Virus record (IMG/VR): IMGVR_UViG_3300036791_000331
Location: 1-52,892 of that record
Length of the DNA stretch: 52,892 bases
From: a virus
Lineage: Duplodnaviria; Caudoviricetes
Direction: 5' to 3' (one strand)
Shown here: positions 36,401 to 43,555 of the stretch, piece by piece
Layout of the letters: every line of letters starts with the position of its first letter
Numbering within the stretch: position 1 is the first letter of the stretch
Made by a program: the position numbers and the translations under genes
Notes under the pieces: model-generated
Told to the model about the DNA's origin: nothing
Seen by the model: the letters and a program-made list of their open reading frames with translations, nothing else
Databases searched by the model: none

Positions 36401-37191
36401 GGGCTATCTACTGCGACAACTCGGCCGAGAGCGGTAGCAACGCCGGGTCGTTGCTACAGATCAACAACTTCTCCGATACCGGAGCTTCCCTCGGGACGCC
36501 CTTTGGCATCCATCGCGACACCGGGATGGTGTATATCAACAACGGGCTTACTCTCGCCGGTCCGACCTCCGCGCCAAACCCCGGCATCTACGACACGACG
36601 CAGTCTATCGCGACGATGGCGACCGTCACCCAGCGCGGCATGACGGCCGGGGTGCCGGTCATCCACCAGAGCGGCGCTGACGCTTACCCGGACCTGGGCT
36701 GGACCGGACGCCTGATCATGATGCAGACGGCCAATTCCATCTTCCTCCCCGGAAGCGCCGCTGGTAGTCAGGCCACCATAATTGTCACCAATACATCTTC
36801 CGGCGCAGTCGGCATTGCGGGCGCGAACCTTGGCACGTTGCAGGCTGGTGACGGTGCTATTCTTGTCGGTGACGGGGCTGGCGGCTTCCATTGCGTCGGG
36901 ATGTTTACGAAAGCGGGCCACCTGACCTCTATGCAGGCCGACGACTATGCGATCACCGAGGACGACGGCGAGGTTCACTTCACGGCCGACGCCACCGTGA
37001 CCATCCCGGATGATCTCGCCCACGTTGTCGAGGTGTCCTGCGATCCTGGCGTCACCGTGACGTTCGCCTCGAAGCGGACGCTGCGCAGCGTCCCGCGCAA
37101 CCGGGTCGGCCGCCTGTCGATGATCGGCCCGGCCGAGGCGACGCTGCGGCGCAAGGGCGAAGAGGTGTGGGTCCGGGGCGACGTCGCCTGA
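33409..37191 (+). CDS. Tail fibre/spike: short collagen, beta-helix domain and 7 tandem ~80-aa repeats
   Basis: DT.AI.AALNAG beta-helix entry; repeats of F/WQT.G..RW......AESG.N.GS.F.I.RY.D.G; GGAGG SD. Confidence 0.85.
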   Translation: MADDLDTQPIEIIDADVQLVVEVDVNGPPVVLVDVETPQGIPGPQGPQGVVGPVGPVGPIGPMGGLQVIVASHDTTGATDTPAILAALNAGKEVVLQGAYYLNAGVTIPPGAAIDGGGGFLPGLTPAGTILYFTNAVPTLVTVGGNVSGGPGGLRGISVVRQGSGAPAGSVGVFVQDASNANVVDVLSLNSAMCWAFRRDSGAAGGIQATCSRLYSGNPGDVHVQIDGWSELRFSDCTFGFPGSASAGNAYVRLTGNGTVIPFDIEMSNCRFSGSPPLYFMRMVNLVGAGSITELKLDRCHVEGVGTAMFSSDATVVLIERFTITDCTLIGTSQPMWALNAATQIMRANFKGTQFFGNDFSLAPTPAFVAVSMVGNFIFSPGNLTIPAGSTITLIGNTWNGNLTVTGAGSLVTCGDNFTTGQLVNNGTGTVTTVGLNGLWSGQSVNVMGPATGNRAFNILTGVSPGSASTRWAMLANNTAETGAAAGSNFLLARYDDTGAYVDSPLSIVRSTGNVSIAHGLTVSGALTVAGNTALNGALTVSGLSAISGAAGTQRNLAFQTAGSTRWLVFANTTAESGGNVGSDFFIQRCNDAGVAIDNPFVITRSNGAVGISTTLAVGGTIAGSGFYINGAAATTRQITFQTAAVARWRVIVDSSAESGNNIGSNFYIQSQTDAGAALTNVVFINRATGLVTIGGGSMLVSNSGAGPATLAISAPAGQQRDLFWQTAGSTRWVAYCTQTAEGGANAGSDFSVGRYDDTGVFINPVLTLTRSTGAALFNNSLQVNGGALYINGGAASNRGLWYQSSGVARWLVDVTNTAESGSNAGSDFAIYNYSDAGAYISTPLSITRSTGLTTLNFGLNVTGAVEMSGAVDVVGAFTMHTSATLYAGSPLYLTAPAGTGRAIYFQTSGATRWTVTADGAAESGSNIGTNFVINRYNDAGTFVDQPFTIQRATGMVTLNNGLTVNGSNPAVGADIYLNTPTPFGRNLWFQTNGVNRWAIYCDNSAESGSNAGSLLQINNFSDTGASLGTPFGIHRDTGMVYINNGLTLAGPTSAPNPGIYDTTQSIATMATVTQRGMTAGVPVIHQSGADAYPDLGWTGRLIMMQTANSIFLPGSAAGSQATIIVTNTSSGAVGIAGANLGTLQAGDGAILVGDGAGGFHCVGMFTKAGHLTSMQADDYAITEDDGEVHFTADATVTIPDDLAHVVEVSCDPGVTVTFASKRTLRSVPRNRVGRLSMIGPAEATLRRKGEEVWVRGDVA

Positions 37192-37283
37192 TGCACGTCC
37201 ACGACGCGCTCGCCGAGTATCTGATCGGCGGCCTCGGCATGTGCGTCCTGGTGCTGATCTATCTCGCGTGGCCCCGGCGCTGA
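37191..37283 (+). CDS. 30-aa single-TM peptide (not in ORF track)
   Basis: MHVHDALAEYLIGGLGMCVLVLIYLAWPRR; TGATG coupling to fibre gene. Confidence 0.55.
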   Translation: MHVHDALAEYLIGGLGMCVLVLIYLAWPRR

Positions 37284-37290
37284 GATGGCC

Positions 37291-37333
37291 GGAAACGAAA
37301 GAGCCCCCCGCGACACTGCCAGCGGGGGGCTCT
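37291..37333 (-). terminator. Rho-independent terminator between convergent late and early operons
   Basis: 12-bp stem AGAGCCCCCCGC / GCGGGGGGCTCT followed by a T-rich tail (TTCGTTTCC) on the minus strand. Confidence 0.7.
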
Positions 37334-37644
37334 ACCGTCCCCAGCTTAAAGGGGGGCACCTTGGGGGGTGGGGACGGCGATCCCGATATGGACCGCCGCG
37401 CGAGTCGCGCCAAGGTGTTTCGTGCTACCCGCGTCGGATGGACGCGGCGATCTGCACCCGCACCGGCCAGCCGATCACCCACGACTGCCTGGGTATGCGC
37501 GGGCCCGATGGCGTGTGGACCCTCCGCTGCCCGAATTGCGCGCCCCTGGAGCCTCCAGGAGCGGCGTCCACGGTCGTTCCGTTCCCGCGCCAGGGTGGTC
37601 CTACCTCAAAGCGCCGATAGCGGCTCTACGGGCTCCCTGGCGCG

Positions 37645-37833
37645 TCAGGTGGCGAGATCGAGGTGGCTGGCGTCGGACCACGCTCGCCGTCCATCAGTCC
37701 AGGCGACCAGGATCATGCCAGCGTCGGCCTCCACCGCCACGCCAGCCTTGGAGCCGGGCGACTTCCCGACGTAGATCACCGGGACCGGGAAGCCTCCGGC
37801 CAGGGCGTCCTCGATCTCTTCGAACGTCGCCAT
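37645..37833 (-). CDS. Hypothetical protein
   Basis: TGATG coupling to upstream gene. Confidence 0.55.
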   Translation of the reverse strand: MATFEEIEDALAGGFPVPVIYVGKSPGSKAGVAVEADAGMILVAWTDGRRAWSDASHLDLAT

Positions 37834-38852
37834 CAGCGCGGCCCATGCACGACGGTGAAGTCGTGTTCGACCACGCCGAGCGAGGCGTCGCCGCGCTTGT
37901 GCCCGGCGATCCGCTTCCGCCACAGCTGCTCACCGCCGATCATCACCGGCTGCCAGCCCGGCGCTCGCGGCTCGTGGCCGAGGTGTCGATAGTGGGCCCT
38001 GACCTCGTGCAGGCGCTTGCGGTGCTCGGCGGCCTCGCGGAGCTTGCGGGTGGCGTAGGCGGCCACGTTGCGGATGCGCCTCGGCACCTGGAGCGTGGCG
38101 TGCCTGGAGGCGAGGCGCGGCTGGAGCCGACCGCCCTCGCGGACGTGCCCTGGCGCCCGAACCGGCTCGCCGGAGATCACCACCGTCTGGAGCATGGCCA
38201 GCATCGCCACCGTCACCCGCGACCAGCCGGAGAGTTCCGTGGCCATGAGTTTCAGGCCGTCGTCGCCGAGCCTCCCGGCCTTGCTGCTGGTGACGATATT
38301 CGAGCAGCGCCCGACCAGGGGTGAGACATCGGTGCCCTTGCCGTATCCCCAGATGATGCGCTGCTGGGCGTCGCTGGCCCCACGCCTTGCGTGTGGATCG
38401 GGCGGGTAGAGCACCAGCCCGACCGGCCAGATCATCACCTTGCCCATTTCCTCCCAGGACTCCTCGTCGGCGTCCTCGATGCACCAGCTGTGGAGTTCGC
38501 GCGGGTCGTCCAGGCCCGGCTGGACCAGCAGGGCGGTCCTGGCCTCGGGATCGCGGTTGGCGACATCCTTGGGATCGAGGCCGACGCCCAAGGCGACGCG
38601 CTCCTGGAGCATCACCTTGGAGCCAAACTCGATCCACATCGGCCGCTCCGGGACGACGATCTGATCCAGCATCCGGCGCATCTCGCGAGGCGAGGTGTGC
38701 GACATCTGGATCAGCAGCCTGACCGCCGCGTCGTCCAGGATCATGCGCTCGCCCTGGATCATGGCGCCGCGCAACACCTTGTCGTCCACGATGGGATCGA
38801 CGTTCCTGGGGTCGCGGAAGCGATCCGCCAGGGTGATCTTTGGAACCCTCAC
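37833..38852 (-). CDS. Phage protein, paralogue A (HEVRAHYR...H.RGD C-terminus)
   Basis: GTGA coupling; strong similarity to 44963-46039. Confidence 0.75.
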   Translation of the reverse strand: MRVPKITLADRFRDPRNVDPIVDDKVLRGAMIQGERMILDDAAVRLLIQMSHTSPREMRRMLDQIVVPERPMWIEFGSKVMLQERVALGVGLDPKDVANRDPEARTALLVQPGLDDPRELHSWCIEDADEESWEEMGKVMIWPVGLVLYPPDPHARRGASDAQQRIIWGYGKGTDVSPLVGRCSNIVTSSKAGRLGDDGLKLMATELSGWSRVTVAMLAMLQTVVISGEPVRAPGHVREGGRLQPRLASRHATLQVPRRIRNVAAYATRKLREAAEHRKRLHEVRAHYRHLGHEPRAPGWQPVMIGGEQLWRKRIAGHKRGDASLGVVEHDFTVVHGPR

Positions 38853-39103
38853 GGAGCCTCGTCCTTGAACGGGTTGGGCGGCGCGCCGTCGAGCATCATG
38901 GCGTATGCCCAGGTCTGCCGGTAGGCGCACCGCTCATCCGCGCACCGCCAGCCCTCTGGTGTGGCGACCAGGGGCGGCGTCGCCGTGCCGGGGTGGTCGT
39001 TCCCGCAGGTAAACTCGTGGACCCAGCCGCAGGCCTGCCACTCGTTCAGCGCCGCGACCTGCTCAGGCGTCCAGGGCGCGCGGGTGAGGCCGTCGCCGCT
39101 CAA
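38849..39103 (-). CDS. Small Zn-binding phage protein
   Basis: PWT.EQV..LN.WQ..G..H.FTC...LVAT..GW.C...C.Y.Q.WA. Confidence 0.7.
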   Translation of the reverse strand: MSGDGLTRAPWTPEQVAALNEWQACGWVHEFTCGNDHPGTATPPLVATPEGWRCADERCAYRQTWAYAMMLDGAPPNPFKDEAP

Positions 39104-39261
39104 GCCTGCCTCCCTTCGATGCGGTCCATCTTGGCGTCGCACCGCGCGCAGATCGGGACGTGGCCCAAGATCGGGTGCGGTCGTTCTGTCGTGGCCTCGT
39201 TCTCGCAGAGCAGGAACCACTCGCAGCAGCGCGGCTGCTGGTCAGGGGCGCGGGCGCTCAA
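39100..39261 (-). CDS. 53-aa Cys-rich protein (not in ORF track)
   Basis: CEWFLLCENEAT...HPILGHVPICARC; TTGA overlaps at both ends. Confidence 0.65.
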   Translation of the reverse strand: MSARAPDQQPRCCEWFLLCENEATTERPHPILGHVPICARCDAKMDRIEGRQA

Positions 39262-39467
39262 GCGTCGGCCTCCGGGAGCGGTGGGCGGCCGTAGGCGTGG
39301 AGCGCGAGGTTCCAGGCGTACAGGCCCAACTGCTGGAGGGTCAGGCCCTCGTGCTCGGCCAGGGCCTTGAGGATCGCCTTCCCGGCCGGGGTCACGCGCG
39401 TCGAGACATCGACGGAGAGTTTGGCCGCAGGCAGCGGCTTCGGGACGATGGAGGTGGTGGCGGACAT
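39258..39467 (-). CDS. RHH-like DNA-binding protein
   Basis: VSTRV......LK.LA...G.TLQQL....N; AAGGA SD. Confidence 0.65.
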   Translation of the reverse strand: MSATTSIVPKPLPAAKLSVDVSTRVTPAGKAILKALAEHEGLTLQQLGLYAWNLALHAYGRPPLPEADA

Positions 39468-39540
39468 TCGGAGTTCCTTTCTGGGTTCAAAATTGCCCGT
39501 AACCCTGCCCGCCGCGAGCGACAAGCAGGGCTGGGGAGAG

Positions 39541-39816
39541 TCAGCGGCGGATCATCTGGTCCCGGATGCGGGCGACCTCCCGGTCGCGGGCGGAGTCGCC
39601 GAGCAGGGGGACGGGAATGGCGGGCCGAGGCTGCCCCTCCCGCTCCGGCTGGGCGGTCGATGACCAGATCAGCGCGCCAATCCAGCCGAGGACGGTCCAG
39701 CCGAGAGTGAGGTTGAGCAGGCCGATCCCGACCGCGTTGGGATGTCGTCGGCAGACCGCGACGATGGTGGGGAGGAAGTAAGCGGCAATAAGTAGAATTT
39801 CGCCAACGATCAGCAT
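39541..39816 (-). CDS. imm: Superinfection immunity protein (T4 Imm family)
   Basis: YFLPTIVA..R.H.N...I..LN..LGWT.LGW..AL.WS. Confidence 0.88.
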   Translation of the reverse strand: MLIVGEILLIAAYFLPTIVAVCRRHPNAVGIGLLNLTLGWTVLGWIGALIWSSTAQPEREGQPRPAIPVPLLGDSARDREVARIRDQMIRR

Positions 39817-39818
39817 GG

Positions 39819-40151
39819 TTAATACTCGTTCGGTAAGAGGATGACGTTATCGGTGAACCACAGAGTCACGCCGGGCTCTGGGAAGTCGGTGAAGTCGAGT
39901 TTGAAGGTGTTGATGACGCCGCCGTCACCGTCGTCGATGGTGATGGTCAGCTTGGCCACGTCCAGGGTCCACACCTGGAACGGCTCGCCGAGGGTCGGGC
40001 CTTCGGTCGCGATCTTGTCCAGGAGCCAGTAGGCTCCGGCCGTCTCCGCGACGTAGCGGGCTCCATCGGTGTACGTCACGAGGCGGGAGAGCGGGTGGCG
40101 CCACCACGTCGAGGTGCCGCCGCTGAAGCCGGACAGGTCCAGGGCGGCCAT
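39819..40151 (-). CDS. DUF6876-like protein
   Basis: F.G...W.RH...YTDGA.Y.AE..GAYWL.D.IA...FTDFP...ILLP.EY. Confidence 0.75.
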   Translation of the reverse strand: MAALDLSGFSGGTSTWWRHPLSRLVTYTDGARYVAETAGAYWLLDKIATEGPTLGEPFQVWTLDVAKLTITIDDGDGGVINTFKLDFTDFPEPGVTLWFTDNVILLPNEY

Positions 40152-40336
40152 CAGGCGGCGTCCAGCTTGAAAGCGCCGACGCGGTTGCCGTTCTCGTCGT
40201 ACATGCCGCCGCCCATATCGCCGTTGGTCAGGTGGTCGATGGCCTCGCCTACGATGCGGGCGATCTCGCGGACGCGCTCAAGGTGTGTCTCGCCGAAGGC
40301 GGCGTTGTCGCAGGCGATCTCTAGCCTGAATTTCAT
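40151..40336 (-). CDS. Small phage early protein
   Basis: F.L.I..DNAAF....E.ARI......G...D.NGN.VG. Confidence 0.7.
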   Translation of the reverse strand: MKFRLEIACDNAAFGETHLERVREIARIVGEAIDHLTNGDMGGGMYDENGNRVGAFKLDAA

Positions 40337-40499
40337 CGGGTCATTCTCCATGTTCGGGGAGCGGAAGCGCTCCCCACGCACTCGGCCTGGACACGCGATG
40401 CGCTCCAGGCCGAGGCGGGTCGTCCGCAGTTGGGAAGGGGTCAGGCCATGCGCCTCGCCGAGATCGTCCAGGACAGCGCCGAGGCGTTCACGGCGCTGG

Positions 40500-40862
40500 T
40501 TACCCTGGCCGCCCAGGTGACCGTGCTCCTGGCGCTACGTCGGGATCGTCCGCAGGCTCGAAGCAGAGATCGAAGCCGTAGTACGGCTCAGCCAGCTTCC
40601 CGGTCCGATGGGTGATGGCCATCGAGATCGGGATCGCCCAGTCGTGCGGCCCGGCCTCCCAGATCACGCACCAGGAGGTCTCGCCTGCGAAGTGACGGCG
40701 CTCGCCGGGCTTGCGGATCGAGACCTCGATGACGTGGTCCTGGCCCTCGGCGACGGCGAGGTCGACCAGGACAGCGTAGACGGCCTGGGCCATCTCTTCG
40801 GCCTTCATCTGGCCGTTCAGGACAGGCCGTAGCCGGTCCCAGATATCGTCGGTGGTGATCAT
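40500..40862 (-). CDS. Hypothetical protein
   Basis: W.V.WEAGP.DWA...AEPY..F.L.F; ATGA coupling. Confidence 0.65.
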   Translation of the reverse strand: MITTDDIWDRLRPVLNGQMKAEEMAQAVYAVLVDLAVAEGQDHVIEVSIRKPGERRHFAGETSWCVIWEAGPHDWAIPISMAITHRTGKLAEPYYGFDLCFEPADDPDVAPGARSPGRPG

Positions 40863-41227
40863 TCCGGGAGTTCCTCGAAGTCCTGGTTGGTGATGTCCGA
40901 CAGCCAGTCCGGCCGCTCCAGGTCGATCTTGGGGCAGTCGATCTCGTTGCCCAGATCGTCGGCCACCGACCGCAGCTGGTCCTTCCATTCCGAGAACTCT
41001 GAGCCCTTCTCGCCCTCCTGCCAGCGCTCGGACTTCCCGTCGTAGAACTCCTCGGCGACGTTGGCCTCGTCCTCCATCAGTTCGGCGGCTTCCCGGCGCT
41101 TCTCGTCGATCTGGTCGAACAGCGGGCCGAGGCCCTCCAGGAGGGTGTCAGCCTCCCGGTAGAGAGCCTCGATGTCTCGGCCCAGCCCGACAAGCTGGAT
41201 GCTGACCTTCCGGTCGATGCGCTTCAT
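40859..41227 (-). CDS. Acidic coiled-coil phage protein
   Basis: YD.KSE.WQE.EKG motif. Confidence 0.7.
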   Translation of the reverse strand: MKRIDRKVSIQLVGLGRDIEALYREADTLLEGLGPLFDQIDEKRREAAELMEDEANVAEEFYDGKSERWQEGEKGSEFSEWKDQLRSVADDLGNEIDCPKIDLERPDWLSDITNQDFEELPE

Positions 41228-41499
41228 TGATCGTTCTCCTGGTTGCAGTGGTCACAGTCGGGGTCGGTGCAGGGGCCGATGTCGGCCCGGCGGAGTTCGG
41301 CCTGGATCGCCTTCCAGTTCGGCGCGGCGTCGTCGATCCAGACCGCGAGGTTGTGGAGGCCGTGGGCCCGGAACACCGAGCGCGGAGCCTCGATGTCGGC
41401 GTGGACGTGCCAGGGAGCCCCGAGGCTCGGGACGGGGCGCTCGATGGTGAGCGCGATCCCCTGCTCGGCGCACCACGCTTCGACCTTGGCGCGGCTCAC
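41224..41499 (-). CDS. Hypothetical protein with C-terminal CxxxxCxxC
   Basis: GTGA coupling; PCTDPDCDHC. Confidence 0.6.
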   Translation of the reverse strand: MSRAKVEAWCAEQGIALTIERPVPSLGAPWHVHADIEAPRSVFRAHGLHNLAVWIDDAAPNWKAIQAELRRADIGPCTDPDCDHCNQENDQ

Positions 41500-42155
41500 T
41501 GGGCGTCCTCCTTGATGGCGCCTTCGCGGACCAGCTGGTCGTAGGCGGCGGCGATGATCGAGAACGCGGTGCGCTCGCCCCGGAGATACCAGTCGAGGCG
41601 GACCCAGACGGTGCCGCCGTGGTTGGCGCAGAACACCCGGTTGACGCTGACCGGGAGCCCACCGAGCCTGCGGCCCATGTCGAGCGTGTCCTGGTACGTC
41701 CTGGCGTGGCGCGTCTGGAGGGCGGCCTCGGCCTCGGCCGATATCCTGGCCTCGGCCAGCAGCGGGTGATCGGTTCTGGGCGGCCTGGGGTCGACCACGG
41801 CGGCCTTGATCGCGTCCCGGAGTTCCAGGAGGTTGGCGGCCTGCTCGACGAAGGCGGGGAAGGCCCCGAACAGCGCGCCGTGCTTGCCGGGCCGCCACTG
41901 GTGAAGCTCCATTGGAATGCCCCAGTAGAGTTCCTCGAACGGCGCTTTGCGGACGCCGTCAGCGTCGGCCGGGAAGTTGGCCAGGATCAGGTCGCAGAGC
42001 GCCCTGCGGGCGGTCTCGTAGGCGCGGCTGGTCCAGCCGAGCGCCTCTTTCCTGCGGGCCTCGGAAGCGAAGCCCGCCTCCAGGAGTCTGATGGCCTGGG
42101 CGGAGAACTTCACGACGGCCTCGGCCGGGGTCGGGGTGATACGGGTTACGGTCAT
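41496..42155 (-). CDS. Hypothetical early protein
   Basis: L.VSVN.V...N..GT...R..WYL.G. Confidence 0.7.
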   Translation of the reverse strand: MTVTRITPTPAEAVVKFSAQAIRLLEAGFASEARRKEALGWTSRAYETARRALCDLILANFPADADGVRKAPFEELYWGIPMELHQWRPGKHGALFGAFPAFVEQAANLLELRDAIKAAVVDPRPPRTDHPLLAEARISAEAEAALQTRHARTYQDTLDMGRRLGGLPVSVNRVFCANHGGTVWVRLDWYLRGERTAFSIIAAAYDQLVREGAIKEDAQ

Positions 42156-42194
42156 GGGAGTGATCAGGGTCTTTCGTTCGGGTTGGGTTGGGGG

Positions 42195-42542
42195 TCAGTC
42201 GGTCAGGAGTTCGTAGATCGAGTCCTTGACCACGACGGTCTCACCGTCGCGGCAGGCGGCCTCGGCGACGGCCATGGCGGCTTCCTGGGTCGGGTGGTGC
42301 GACACGCTGCGGTGGTCGATGAACACGTCCCAGGTGATCTCGCGGGGGCCGTCCCAGGTGGTGAGCCGGAAGCGGCCGACCTCGATGCAGCGGAGCTTGC
42401 GGACGTACTCGCCCGCCAGCGCCTTCTTGATCAGCGAGGACGCCTGGGCCTTGGTGCAGCGGTCCGGCAGCGTGTCGCCGGTCAGGCTGCGGAAATAGCT
42501 CCACTGCTTGGCCGACGCGCCGTAGATCGAATTGCGCGCCAT
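42195..42542 (-). CDS. Hypothetical protein
   Basis: AS.KQ.SY..SL......TK.QAS.LI; TGATG coupling. Confidence 0.65.
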   Translation of the reverse strand: MARNSIYGASAKQWSYFRSLTGDTLPDRCTKAQASSLIKKALAGEYVRKLRCIEVGRFRLTTWDGPREITWDVFIDHRSVSHHPTQEAAMAVAEAACRDGETVVVKDSIYELLTD

Positions 42543-42865
42543 CAGAAGTTCACCTCGTAGAGGCGCTTGCCGAAGTGGACGCGGCTGCGCAGTACCTTGT
42601 CACGGCACAGCTTCGTCAGGATCGGCTTCAGTTGGCCGTCCTCGATGGACAGGCCGTGGATGGCCTTGGCGATAGCCTCGATGCGGTCGACGGGCAGGGC
42701 CGCCTGCCACATCGCCTTGAACACCGGGGCGACCACCTGGAACTCGTGGTTCCACTCGTGGGCGGCGCGCCACGTCTCGATCAGTTCGTGCGTCCTGGCC
42801 TCGTCGGCAGGGCGGGTTTTGAAGTCGGTAGTGGTAGTCATAGTCAAGGTTCCGGTTGTGGTCAT
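42542..42865 (-). CDS. Hypothetical early protein
   Basis: LTKL.R.KVLRSR...G.RLYEVNF. Confidence 0.65.
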   Translation of the reverse strand: MTTTGTLTMTTTTDFKTRPADEARTHELIETWRAAHEWNHEFQVVAPVFKAMWQAALPVDRIEAIAKAIHGLSIEDGQLKPILTKLCRDKVLRSRVHFGKRLYEVNF

Positions 42866-42873
42866 GGTTAAGG

Positions 42874-43065
42874 TTAGAGATCGCGAATGCGTTTGATGAG
42901 GTCGCCGCCGAAGTGGGCGGCGATGTGCCGGTCGAACTCACGTTTGCGGCTCAGCTTTTCCTCGCGAGGCAGGGCATTCCAGGCCGCTTTGCGCTCCACC
43001 TCGGCAGCGTCCCGAGCTTCGCGGGCAGCGCGAAGGCGGGCTTTCTTGGCTTCCAGTTCGGTCAT
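42874..43065 (-). CDS. Hypothetical protein, first gene of leftward operon
   Basis: GGAGAG SD-like sequence upstream; AT-rich promoter-like region. Confidence 0.6.
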   Translation of the reverse strand: MTELEAKKARLRAAREARDAAEVERKAAWNALPREEKLSRKREFDRHIAAHFGGDLIKRIRDL

Positions 43066-43127
43066 TTTCGTCAGGTCTCTCCGTCCCGGCTACACCATGC
43101 AGCCGGGGATCACTCTTTATAATGCGG

Positions 43128-43155
43128 GCACAGATTTGTCCCCAAATTTGTGCTC
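43128..43155. promoter_or_regulatory. Operator-like dyad A, second copy, next to a TATAAA -10-like box on the minus strand
   Basis: Minus strand reads GAGCACAAATTTG-GGGA-CAAATCTGTGC. Confidence 0.6.
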
Positions 43156-43159
43156 ATAT

Positions 43160-43555
43160 CTGCGCTGTCAGTTGAGGCTAATTGGCGCACCCCGCCCGCC
43201 TGCGGAACGGGCTAAGCTGCCCGCTCGGGGCCTGGGACACATTGTCTCAGGCGCGCTCGGGTGGGTCCGGGCGTGTCACCGCCCCAACGAAACGGGAATG
43301 TTCGTGCAGGGTGTCACCGCTGCGTTTTGGGCCAACTGTTTGCGGAGTGAAAACAAGCGGGTAGCGGGTTGAGGCATTTGAACGTCAACATCTTGTTACC
43401 ACTGTCTCTAGGTGGTTCTGCGTGTGTCTATGTGTTCCACAACCCGAATAGCTTCAATCGGTTAGCTTTACAAAACGTGTCTGCGCGTCTCTCCCTGTTT
43501 CTCCACGTTTCACGCAATTGTGCGTGCAAAAGTGTCACCACGAGAGAACTCAGAT
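43160..43555. other. Putative attP region
   Basis: Non-coding and adjacent to integrase; GTGTCACC at 43273, 43311 and 43532; TCAA-N4-TTR IHF-like sites at 43385 and 43454. Confidence 0.5.

Noticed and set aside
34760-36560. Fibre repeats as DGR template/variable repeats
   Set aside because: They are in-frame protein repeats diverged at all bases, not adenine-specific; no reverse transcriptase present
40400-40415. 16-bp match (CCTCGGCCTGGAGCGC, minus strand) to the start of the cro-like gene near 50378
   Set aside because: GC-rich 16-mers recur by chance in a genome of this size and composition
43160-43330. tRNA gene near the integrase
   Set aside because: No cloverleaf or T-loop consensus; only a 10-bp 3'-end-like match
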